DNA from: Heterodontus francisci
Taxonomy: Eukaryota
Direction of reading: 5' to 3'
Length of the DNA stretch: 64,000 bases
NCBI RefSeq assembly: GCF_036365525.1
Contig: NC_090404.1
Location: 18,111,134-18,175,133, forward strand
Part shown: one piece after another, positions 46,673 through 58,586 of the stretch
Numbering within the stretch: position 1 is the first letter of the stretch
Layout of the letters: every line of letters begins with the position of its first letter
Made by a program: the position numbers and the translations under genes
The notes under the pieces: model-generated
What the model was told of the DNA's origin: nothing
Database searches by the model: none
Seen by the model: only the letters and a program-made list of their open reading frames with translations

Positions 46673-49600
46673 GGTTTTCGAAGGGGAGGAATTGCAGCCG
46701 TGAAATGCAAAGCAAACATCTGATCGGGATCTGAAGTCGTTGCCTAATTTAGCGGAACCCGAAAACCACCGGATTTTGAACGTGTTGGGAAAAAGCACCG
46801 ATCACAGTGGGGAGAAACTGTACACGTGTTCTGTGTGTGGCCAAGGTTTTAGCCGATCATCTGGCCTGTCGAAACACAAGTGTAGTCACACTGGGAAGAA
46901 ACCATGTAAATATGGGTACTGTGGGAAGGGATTGAAGTATCCAGTTGAGCTGGAAACTCATTCACGTAGTCGCACCCTGGAGAGTCCGTTCACCTACTCC
47001 GAGTGTGGGAAGGGATTCACTCAATCATCCAACCTGCTGGCACATCAACGGGTTCACGCTGACAAGAGACATTTTAAATGTCTGGACTGTGGAAATTGCG
47101 ATTCAGGTTTTGCGGAATTGATGTCCCATCAACGTGTTCACACTGACGAGACCATTCAGGTCCACTCACTGCGGGACTGGGTTCAGGCAATCCTCTGATC
47201 TCACTGTACACCAACATATTCACACTGGGGAGAGGCCGTTCACCTGCTCTGAGTGTGGGAAAGGATTCGCTCAGTTATCCACGCTGCTGATACACGAGCA
47301 AGTACACACTGAGGAGATGCCGTTCACCTGCTCTGAATGCGGGAAGGGATTCACTCGGTCCTTCAATCTTCTGACGCACCAGCGAGTTCACAATGGGGAG
47401 AAGCCGTTCACCTGCTCAGAGTGTGGGAAGGGATTCAAAACTTCATCTAGCCTGCTGTCACACCAGCGAATTGACATTGGGGAGAGGTCATTCACCTGCT
47501 CAGAGTGTGGGAAGGGATTCAAAACTTCATCCCACCTGCTGAGACACCAGCAAGTTCACATTGGGGAGAGGCCGTTCACCTGCTTAGAGTGTGGAAAGGG
47601 ATTCAAAACTTCATCTAACCTGCTGTCACACCAGCAAGTTCACATTGGGGAGAGGCCGTTCACCTGCTCAGAGTGTGGGAAGGGATTTAAAACTTCATCT
47701 AACCTGCTGTCACACCAGCGAGTTCACATTGGGGAGAGGCCATTCACCTGTTCACAGTGTGGGAAGGGATTCAAAACTTCACCCCACCTGCTGAGACACC
47801 AGCGAGTTCACACTGGGCAGAGGCCATTCACCTGCTCAGAGTGTGGGAAGGGATTCAAAATTTCATCCCACCTGCTGAGACACCAGCGAGTTCACACTGG
47901 GGAGAGGCCATTCACCTGCTCAGAGTGTGGGAAGGGATTCAAAACTTCATCCACCCTGCTGATACACCAGCGAGTTCATTCTGGGGAGAGGCCATTCTCC
48001 TGCTCTGAGTGTGGGAAAGGATTCACTCGGTCATCCCATCTGCTGACACACCAGCGAGTTCACACTGGGGAGAGGCCATTCTCCTGCTCTGAGTGTGGGA
48101 AAGGATTCACTCGGTCATCCAATCTGCTGACACACCAGCGAGTTCACACTGGGGAGAGGCCATTGTCCTGCTCAGAGTGTGGGAAAGGATTCACTCAGTT
48201 ATCCACCCTGCTGACACACCAGCGGGTTCACACTGGGGTGAGGCTGTTCACCTGCTGTGAATGCGGGAAGGGATTCACTTGGTCCTTCAACCTTCTGACA
48301 CACCAGCGAGTTCACACTGGGGACAGGCCATTCAACTGCTCAGAGTGTGGAAAGGGATTCAAAACTTCATCTAACCTGCTGTCACACCAGCGAGTTCACA
48401 TTGGGGAGAGGCCGTTCACCTGCTCAGAGTGTGGAAAGGGATTCAAAACTTCATCTAACCTGCTGTCACATCAGCGCGTTCACACTGGGGAGAGGCCGTT
48501 CACCTGTTCTGAGTGTGGTAGGGGATTTAAAACTTCATCTAACCTGCTGTCACACCAGCGAGTTCACATTGGGGAGAGGCCGTTCACCTGCTCAGAGTGT
48601 GGAAAGGGATTCAAAACTTCATCTAACCTGCTGTCACATCAGCGCGTTCACACTGGGGAGAGGCCGTTCACCTGTTCTGAGTGTGGTAGGGGATTTAAAA
48701 CTTCATCTAACCTGCTGTCACACCAGCGAGTTCACATTGGGGAGAGGCCGTTCACCTGCTCAGAGTGTGGAAAGGGATTCAAAACTTCATCTAACCTGCT
48801 GTCACACCAGCAAGTTCACACTGGGGAGAGGCCGTTCACCTGCTCTGAATGTGTGGAAGTGAGCAGAACGACATGGCACTATGCTGGATGGGAAATATAG
48901 CCAAGTTAGGAGTAGTCACTTTGCTGAGCTCTGATGAAATGATTTAAAGCTTGAGAAACTGCAATGAAATAGTTAAAAGTAAAGGCTGAGAGTGTGAGAT
49001 CGTATAAACTTACAGGCACTGGTAATTGCAAGGACATTTATTCATTCATGACTTGATTGTGTGACTCCTTGTGGTTTGGAACAAATGGATTCCTGTGAGA
49101 GATGCTGGCCATCCCTGTGTGAGTGATGATAAGGAATGAAAGGCCACACTATCACTGTATACTGTTGCTGCTTGGTGTTACTTCATGATGTGACTTGATA
49201 GAGATTACAGGATCCCAGGACTTATGACAATTGTGGGAAGCAAAAGCAGTATCTGTGGGAATCAAAATCAGTATCTTGTTTCTAACTCCTCTTCCTTTGC
49301 TAATTGTCTTAATGTCTGTTTTCTTTTAATCTTGCTGATACAAAACGATATTTTATTAGTAACAAGTATGTATTGAGAATGGAGTGTATTGTAACCTCAG
49401 TAACAGATGTACTGCATGTCACCACGTGGGTGAAGTCGAATTGTACCGCACTGATTGGTTAAACAAGGAGGTGTAGCATGAATCTTAATGTATAAACAGT
49501 AGTACCTGTATCACAAACTTCACTTACTCTGGGGGGGGACCCGACAGACTCTGGTGGAGTCAGTGCCGCTGTTCTCAGAGTAAGTCCGCTGGCGACTGCG

Positions 49601-49746
49601 CAAATAAAGTAATTGATTTTACCTACACATCCGACTCGGTATATTTACTGAACCAGACTGAAGGCAAAAAGAACTCAGATTTACAAATGCGGGAAGGGAT
49701 TCCCTCGGTCCTCCAGTCTTCTGACACACCAGCGAGTTCACAAGTA
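46673..49746 (+). pseudogene. C2H2 zinc-finger array gene, copy 4 (19 intact core fingers; last finger split by an LTR)
   Basis: ORF 47134-48900 reads into the LTR. The ancestral end GGGAAGGGATTCCCT...CACAAGTAG resumes at 49690. Shared frameshift at ~47148. Confidence 0.8.
48852..49685 (+). mobile_element. Solo LTR (834 bp) of a second LTR family
   Basis: TGT...ACA termini, 4-bp TSD AATG (48848-48851 / 49686-49689), ATTGG 49454, TATAAA 49491, AATAAA 49603. Confidence 0.92.
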
Positions 49747-50036
49747 GCTCGAGGATGAGAAGTTTCTGCCAAATGGCGGATTTCCAACATTGGGGTTTCG
49801 GAAATTTACCACTGGCTTCTCCCTTTCCAACCTTAACCACTGATAGTTCTGATTTTCTTTAATGCCGGTACAACCACAAACCGTTTCTAAGTCGTCTTTG
49901 TTTTTTATTTTCTTCCACCTCGGTGGAAATGAGCTTCAACCAGGAAAGCAAGTGGTTGCAACTGCATACTCCTTCACAACTTCAGTGTGTCAGTCTTCTG
50001 TAAATGGCAAAACAGGAGGTGTGTGTATACTCAGAG

Positions 50037-50922
50037 CAGTCGTGGGGAAGGTGTTAGAATCGATCATTAAGGAGGCTCCAACTGGGCACTTATAAAAACT
50101 CAATGTAATCGGGAATAGTCAGCACAGTTTTGTAAAGGGTAAATCGTGTTTAACCAATTTACTGGAGTTCTTTGAAGGAGTAACATGCGCTGTGGATAAA
50201 GGGGAGCCCGTTAACGATTGTACTTGGATTTCCAGAAGGCATTTGACAAGGTGCCACATAAAAGGTTATTGCACAAAGTAGAAACTCATGGTGTAGTGGA
50301 TAACATATTAGGATAAATAGAAGATTGGCTGGCAGAAAACAGAGAGTATACATAAATGGGTCCTTTTCTGATTGGCAGGATTTGACGAGTGGAGTCCTGC
50401 TGGGGCCTCAACTTTTTCCAATTTATATCAATGACTTAGATGAGGGGAGTGTAGGCATGGTAGCTAAATTGGCAGATGACAAAAAGATAGGTAGGAAAGT
50501 ATGTTGTGAAGAGGACATAAGGAGGTTGCAGACCAATATATATATATAGGTTGAGTGAGTGGGCCAAACTTGGCAGATGGAGTATAATGTGGGAAATGTG
50601 AAGTTGTTCACTTTGGCAAGAAGAATAAAAAAAGCAGAGTATTACTTAACTAGAGATGGCTCTAGGTATTTTAGTGCATGAGCCACAAAAAGTAATAAAG
50701 AAGGCGAATGGAACGCTACCCCTGATTATGAGAGGAATTGAAAATAAAAGTAAGAATGTTATGCTTCAGTTATACAGGGCATTGGTGAGACCACATCTCA
50801 AATACTGTGTGCAGTTTTGGTATCCTTATTTAAGAAAGGATGTAAATGTGCTGAAGGAGGTTCAGAGGAGGTTTACCAGATTGATACCTGGAATGAGCTT
50901 GTTGTCTAATGAGGAAAGGTTG
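50037..50922 (+). mobile_element. CR1 host A, unit 4 - uninterrupted (no RTE, no ERV LTR), 3' end deleted
   Basis: Empty sites GTAAAGGGTAAATCGTG (~50132) and TTGCAGACCAATAT (~50526). Confidence 0.88.
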
Positions 50923-51386
50923 TTTTTGCCTTCGTGGGATATCTTAGCAGAGACTACTTGAGAACTGACACAGCTCATTTGACATGGTTTAAAATTAATG
51001 GTTCAGGATCAGTAGCTGGGAAGTCGCTGGTCTGCAGCAAAAACATTGGTCTGTCAATAGGAAATTGAAACTTGCTTCCATTTACACAGCAGTGTGTGTT
51101 TGAAGTAATTTCTGAAAACCCTGCACAAACTGATTACTGTATGTGAATATTCTGCAGTGAGCATGAGCTGTATAAACTGAATATATCCTGTGCTTTGCAG
51201 CAACTGAAGTGATCTGGAATTTCCACTTATCGGTTTGCTCAGGTGTCTGGCTGAATTCCATTCATTGTTCATCTCCACTTTCACTGTCTACTGCCCCAGT
51301 CACACTGTAAACCTTGAGTCAGTGTGAAGCTGTCTTTTGCACCATACTGATGCAAGGCAAGGAGTATAACTCTGGCCATCTTTCTT

Positions 51387-54300
51387 CAAGGCAGCTAAAA
51401 TGGCCAACTGAGACCTGGTCCCTTTTAATACAAAGCAAGCTAACTGGAAAAGCACTTGAGGTTTATTCCTTGTTGCCAGGTGGGAGTTCATCACATTATG
51501 AACTGACCAAAAATGCTATCCTCGGGCATCTGAATTAGTACCCAAAGCCTACCGCCAAAAGTTTAGAACCCTCAAAAAGCAAGCTAATCAAACTTATCTG
51601 GAGGTAAGCAGCTGGCTTTTGACCGGTGGCTGAGGGCTCTTAAAATACAGCTCAGCTATGAGACTCTCAGGGGAGTAATTCTGTTCGAGGAATTTAAAAA
51701 CTCTCTCCCACTCTCAATAAAGACCCATGTAGAGGAGCAGTGGGTTCAGGGAGCCCGGCAAGCGGCCGTTCTGGTTGATGAGTTTTCTTTAATATGTAAG
51801 TCCGTTTCCCAGGGGAGAACCTTTCCTAATCACCTCCACAAATCCAAAAACGACAAATTGTGGGAAGGTGATCTCCACCCAGCCAATCCTGAGAGAGAAA
51901 GGAAAGCAGGAGACCCAGGGGGCCCTCCTGCAGCCAAGAAGGAAGGTGCTGTGAACAAGAGTGAGAACTGGAGACCTGTGTGCTTCCATTGTAATAAAGC
52001 AGGGCATTTAAAAGCTGACTGCTGGAAACTAAAGGGGAAACCAATATGTTTAATCAGGGCACACCTGATCAGTGAAGACAGGGACCTGATGCAAAGCACA
52101 GCAGAACAAGCTGTGGCTTTAACTACAGTAAGAGTCAGACCCAGGAAGCTTACTACGGCCTGCGCAGGAAAAGCTAATAGGATTCCTGAAGGTTATCGGG
52201 TTTTGTGTCTGAAGGGAAAGTGACCCCATACTCCTTGAGTGGGGCAAGCAAGCCCATAGTGATTCTTTGGGAACACGAGATCCCTTCTTAGGGACACAGG
52301 GGCCACTAGATCCCTTTTACTGGGAAAAGACCTGACCTTTTCCCCAGAGCATGCAGTGAACACTAAAATGGTGGTGAATGGTATTGGAGGTCAGTGTATG
52401 CCTGTACCTGTACACCGGGTGAACTTGGAGTGTGACCTGGTTTCGGGATCGGTGAACGTAGAGATTGTCCCTAGTTTGCCTGTGGACAGGGTTGACCTGC
52501 TCCTAGGTAACGGTCTGTTGGGGGTGAAGATGGTAGTCCCCCAGACGTGAAAGAAAGACCGCAGGAGGTCAGAGAGACAGGGCCGTGGCAGGAGACGGTT
52601 CCCTGCAGTTTCCCTAAATGTGTAGTGGATCAGGCCATGAGCAAACCAGTTCCTGCAGAGGAGACTGCATTGGCAGGGGAGGTGGTGGAAGCAGATACGA
52701 TAGCGACGTTGAAGAGACATTTTGACAAACATATGAATAGGAAGGGAATAGAGGGATATGGGCCACGGAAGTGCAGAAGGTGTTAGTTTCAACAGGCATC
52801 AAGATCGGCGCAGGCTTGGAGGGCCGAATGGCCTGTTCCTGTGCTGTACTGTTCTTTGTTCAAAGCCAGTTCCTGCAGAGGAGACTGCATTGGCACTATG
52901 TGCAAATGAGCTCGAGATCTGCCTGTCCGAGACTTTCTTTGGAAAGTTAGGAGACCCAGGGAATGAATTAAATGGATTTTCCCGAGGTGAGGCTCAGCGA
53001 GCTGACCCAGTATTGTGAGAGTTAGCACAGGCTTCCCAGTCTGAAAGTGAAGCAGAGGGAGTCCCTGATTGCTACTGTTTAAAAATGAGGTACTGATGAG
53101 GAAATGGAATTCTCCTCACAGACCTGAGGGAAAAGAGTGGACAGTAGTTCATCAGTTAATGGTGCTACAGCGGTACTGGGGAGAAATGTTGAGAAGGGCC
53201 CATGAGACTACAGTAGCTGAACATGCCGGTATATGAAAGACCAAAGCCCACATAAGACAGTAGTTTGACTGGCTAAAACTCCACAAAGATGTGGTGGAGT
53301 ACTGCAGGATTTGCTACATGTGCCAGGTTGAGGAGAAACCCCAACCTACAGTGAAACCTCCTAAGTCCTGTACCGGTGTTTGGAGGACCCTCCAGCCAAA
53401 GGGTGGTGAACTGTACGGGATCCATGCTGAGAACAAAAGGGGACAAGCAGGCACACGGCTGGCATAGGTTTGGAAAGAGAAGGGGAAAAAGTGACCAAGA
53501 GGGCAGGTTAAAGAAAGTCCGGGAGGAATCCGGATAAAAACCCCTACTGTGTGGTCAGCCAACCACAAAAAAATTGAAAAGTCAGACCCCGCCTCTAGGG
53601 GGCACAGATACATGAGGGTGTTGCCTCACCTAGTCGAAGTGCCAGGGGAGAGTGCAGTCGAGTCTGCACACATACCTGCAGGTAGGAGTGTCCCAGAGAA
53701 CAGAGGGGAGATTAACCAAGAATCCTACCCCACAGTCAGAGGAAAAGTTCACCACCTATCCCCTGAAGGCAAAAGGCTTTGCATGATTCAGCAAAGCACT
53801 GAGAGAGTGTTTAGGATAGACCCACCCACCACGAACTCTCCTGGGGGGAAAAATTGACACCAACAGGAACAAAACCTGAGGCAGTCATGGCAATGGGCAA
53901 ACTGAAGAAGAGCTTCCCCCAAAGAACCACTTGGTTACTGGGATGCCAAAAAAGGGAACATCAAAGGAACACCGGCAACCAGAAAAGACAATTCGAATAG
54001 GCTTTAAGATTGCTGAAGGAATGGAAATGAATGAGAGAAATGTATCTTATATTTCTCTCAAAATTGTAATGAAATGTGCCATTTTTTTTTCAAATCGCAT
54101 TTCATTCCCCTGGGTGTGGAGGCGTCATGCAGGCCCCCACCTGCCAAGAATGAGACACATTAATTTTGCCACATGGACATTAAAACTTATCGTTGTTGCT
54201 GGGAAGAAAAGAGGGCCTATCACAAGGAATTGCCAGGCCCCTCGCCAGAAAGGCCTTTTTTGCATACCAGCAGACAGCATTGGAACAAAGGAACCAGTCC

Positions 54301-54982
54301 CTGCTTCCCAATACACAGAAGATGTGGTCAGACCAGTTTAGTCACATGACTAACTGGCTGTGGCAGGAATTTGAACTTGCCACAGAGTTTTGAACTGAAA
54401 CTCAGAAAGCTGTTTGCTCCTGGACTGAAAAGACCTCTCTCCTTTCTGCTCTCATTTCTTTCTCACCAGCTTTGGAATCCATTGAAGATGCAGGAACCCC
54501 AAGAGAGAAATGTCTCCTGCAGTGAACAAGGTTTAAGACTATCGGGCCCCAACGAAAAGCAAGAATTACTTACAAGCAAGAACTACCTGCAAGAGGACCG
54601 CAATGAGCCCGAAGCACAGTAACAAGAAACTCTTCTGATATTGCCTCAAACTTCTCCACTTTATTTTTTTCTTCCACTCTTTTCTGTCTCTACTTGCTTG
54701 TGCATATTGCATATGCATGCTAACCTGGGGCACGACGTGTATCCATAGTTTCTTAACCGAATTAGAGTTTAAGTTTAAATTTTAATAAATTTCACTTTTC
54801 TTCTTTAAACCTAAGAAGGCCTGTCTGTGTCATTTCTTTGCTTTATAATTGGAAAGCAGTGAACAAGGATTCACTAAGGGGGAGCTCAAAACACACAATG
54901 TTTAAAAATTAATTCCTGTTACAGTAAGATCAGGTGAAGGCTGAAAGACACCCCTAGACATCTTTCTCACCTGGTCGAAACA
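51387..54982 (+). mobile_element. Gmr1-like gypsy remnant, unit 4 (LTR 54123-54982)
   Basis: Paralogous to 9254-12619. Confidence 0.8.
52676..52865 (+). mobile_element. Very short CR1 3'-end insertion with a 30-bp TSD
   Basis: GEVVEADTIATLKRHFDKHMN, GGCCGAATGGCCTGTTCCTGTGCTGTAC tail; duplication 52646-52675 / 52866-52895. Confidence 0.9.
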
Positions 54983-56057
54983 TTATGGAATAGGCTGAGT
55001 GACAGGAAACAAAGAGTCGTGGTTAAGAGATGTTTTTCAGGCTGGAGGAAGGTTTGTAGTGGAGTTCCCCAGGGGTCAGTGTTGGGACCTTTGCTTTTCC
55101 TGATATATATTAATGGTCTAGACCTTGGTGTACAGGACACAATTTAAAAGTTTGCAGATGATATGAAACTTGGAAGCATTGAGAACTGAGGAGGCTCGTG
55201 TAGAATTCAAAAAGGACACAGACAAGTTGGTGGAATGGGCCGACAGGTGTCAGATGAAGCTCAATGCAGAGGTGAGAAGTGATTCATTTTGGTAGGAAGA
55301 GCATGGAGACACAGTATAAAATAAAGGCAACAATTCTAAATGGGGTGCAGGAGCAGAGGGACCTGGGTGTATACGTGCATAAGTCATTGACGGTGTTAGG
55401 ATAGGTTGAGAGAGTAGTTAATAAAGCAGACAGTGTCCTCGGCTTTATTAGCAGAGGAATAGTGGACAAGAGCAAGGAGGTTATGCTGAAGTTGGAGATG
55501 ACACTAGTTTGACCTCAGCTGGTGTATTGCGTCCAGTTCTGGGTGCCGCACTTTCAGAAAGACGTGAGGGCATACGGAAAAACATTGACAAATGGTTCCA
55601 AGGATTAGGAACTTCAGTTATGAAGACAGATTTAAGAAGTTAAGACTGTTTTCCTTGGAGAAGAGAAGGCTGAGAGGTGATTTGATAGAGGTATTCAAAA
55701 TAATGAGGGGTCTGGACAGAGTAGATAGAGAGAAACTCTTCCCACTGGTGAAAGGATCGAGAACCAGAGGGCACAGATTTACAGTATTTGGGAAGAGAAG
55801 CAAAAGTGACATGAGGGAAAACTTTTTCATGTCGCTCGTGGTTAAGGTCTGGAATGTGCTGCCTGAGAGTGCGGTGGAGGCAGGTTCAATTAAAGCATTC
55901 AAAAGGGAAATAGACTGTTGTATGGAAAGGAAGAATGTGCAAGGTTATGAGGAGAAGGTGGGGGAATGGAACTGAATGCATTGCTCTTTCGGAGAGCAGG
56001 TACGGACACAATGGGACGAATGGCCTCCTCCTGCACTGGAACAATTCTGTGATTCTG
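54983..56057 (+). mobile_element. CR1 host B, unit 4
   Basis: Paralogous to 12620-13695. Confidence 0.87.
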
Positions 56058-56435
56058 CAAGCCCGCCGCCCTCTCCCCCGCGACCACCTCCCCCTCGGAT
56101 TCAGACCGGTCTGGTCGCGCATGCTCACCTCACACCGCCCGCCTGGCTGATGGACATCAGCTCCGGACCAATTGGAAGAGCGGTCGGGGGGGGGCGTGGC
56201 TGGAGGCCAGCTCGGGCGACGGGTCCTCCAAGGAATCGGAGCGCGCGAGGGGGGCGGGGCCTCCCCGTCCTGACCCGCCCCACTCGCGCGATTGGTCGGC
56301 AAGTGCCGTCATAGACACGGAAATTGCGTTCTCAGGTCAGAGATCAAGAGCCGTGTGCGCAGACTCGTTTTCCTCCTGGGCTGTTTTACTGGAGTCGTGT
56401 TGCTGAGTGTGTCTAAACTCTGTCTCCCTATCCCG
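56058..56435 (+). promoter_or_regulatory. CpG-island promoter/exon 1 of ZF copy 5
   Basis: Same motifs as the other promoters; donor GT at 56436. Confidence 0.7.
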
Positions 56436-57205
56436 GTAATGTCGGTGGATTGGAGGTTGCTGTGAGTGTTGGACTATGTTGCCTCTCCTCATTCTTCCTC
56501 CTTCTCCCACTCCGAGTTCCAGGCTGCAGGCTCTGGTGGCTCAATGCACCTGGAACGTTAACCCTGTTTCTCTCTCCACAGATGCTGCCTGACCTGCTGA
56601 GCATTTCCAGCATTTCCTCCTTTTAATTTCAGATTTTCAGCATCCCCAATATTTTGGTTTTATTTTATTGCAAGTGTTGCTCACAGAACTGAGTCAAGAA
56701 ACACAGACGGACCAGTGAAGAGCTGGTGTTTATTGGGAGGGGGTGTTGGATGTGGCATTTGCTCTCTGACCTCCTGTGTTGGTCTTTTTTGTTGCATCAG
56801 TTTGATCTGGAGTGGAGATGGAGGAGAAGCAGCTTTAATCCCGAGAACTTGTGAGCCCAGTCGGGCCCAACAGTTTCCAATGTGAGAGGGTCAAGGGTGG
56901 GGAGGCTGCTTAATAAACACCAACCACTCTGTGAAAGAGTATTGTTTCAGTAACAAGTATTTCTGTCGAGGCTTTTAAGCCATTTTACATATACAGAAGT
57001 TGTTACTTCATTCTTGCTAGATGGCCGTCACTAGCCAGACCAGCATTTATTGCCAGTCCCGTGCTGTCCATTGAGATGGTGATGGTGGGCCTTCTTCTAA
57101 ACCGCTGCAGTCTGTGTGGTGAAGGTGCTCCCACAATGGTGTTAGGGAAGGAGTTACAGGATTTTCACCCAGTGATGGTGACGGAATGGTGATATATGTC
57201 CAAGT

Positions 57206-58065
57206 TAACATCAACTTGTATTTATATCGTACCTTTAATGTAATAAAATGTACCAGAGCATTTCATAGGAGTGTTATAAAGCAACATTTGACACTGAGCC
57301 ACATAAGAAGATATTCGGGCAGATGATCAAAACCTTGATCAAAGAGATGTGTTTTAAGAAGTGTCTAAAGCATGGAAGGTGAGGCAGAGAGGATTAGGGA
57401 GGGATTTCCAAAGCTTATGGCCTTGGCAGCTGAAGTCACGGCCACCTGTGATGGAGGAATGAAAAGCAGGGATGCTCAAGATGTCAGAATTAGATGAGCC
57501 CTGATCTCTCGGAGGGTTGTAGGGCTGGAGGAGATTATAGAGATAGTGAGGGGCGAAGGCATGGAGGGATTTGAAAGCAAGGATGAGGATTTTGAAATTG
57601 AGGTGCTGCTTAATGGAGAGTCTGTGTAGGCCAGTGAGCACAGTGGTGATGGGTGAACAGGACTGGTTACGAGTAAGGACACAGGTAGCAGAGTTTTGGA
57701 TGATCTCAAGCTGACAGAGTAGAATGTGGGAGGCCGGCCAGGGATGTGTTAGAATAGTCAAGTTGAGAGGAAAGAAATGCATGGATGTCAGTTTCAGAGG
57801 TAGATGAGCTGAGACAGTGGTGATGTTACTGAGGTGGAAATAGGCGGTCTGAGTGATGGCACCGATTTGCAGTCGGAATTTCATCTCGGGGTCAAATATG
57901 ACTAAGGTTATGAACAGTCCAGTTTCGCCTCAGACGGTTTCCAGGGAGAGGGATAGAGTTGGTGACTAGAGAGAGGAATTTGTAGCAGGAACTGAAGACA
58001 ATGGCTTCAGACTTCCCAATATTTAATTGGAGGTAATTTCTGTTCATCCAGTACTGGATGTCAGA
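57206..58065 (-). mobile_element. L2 fragment, intron of copy 5
   Basis: Paralogous to 14844-15699. Confidence 0.85.
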
Positions 58066-58586
58066 CAAGTCAGGATGCTGCGTGACTTGGAGGGCAACTT
58101 GGAGGTGATGGTGTTTGCGTACACCTGATAACCTGGTCCTTCTGGATGATGGAAGTTGAGGGTTTGGGAGGTTCTGTCAAAGTTCTGGTCGAGTTGTACA
58201 TATATGGAATACCTCTCCTCTCCCTGCCCCTCCTCCTCCCTCTCTCTTTCCTCCAAAAGAGAGCAGAGTCTTGTGTAGGTCCAGACTGGGTGGTAAGTTC
58301 CCTTCCCTGAAGGACATTAATGAACCAGTTGGGTTGTACATCAATCAGCAGCTTTCATGGTCACTTTTTCTCGTACTGCCCCCAAAAATTACCAGATTCA
58401 TTCAGCTACATTTCACACACTGCCTTTGTGTTTTTGTGACTTCTGTCACAATTTTTTTTTCTGTTTTTAAATCAATTTCACAGGATTTTCGAAGGGGAGG
58501 AATTGCAGCCGTGAAATGCAAAGCAAACATCTGATCGGGATCTGAAGTCGTTGCCCAATTTAGCGTAACCCGAAAACCACCAGATT

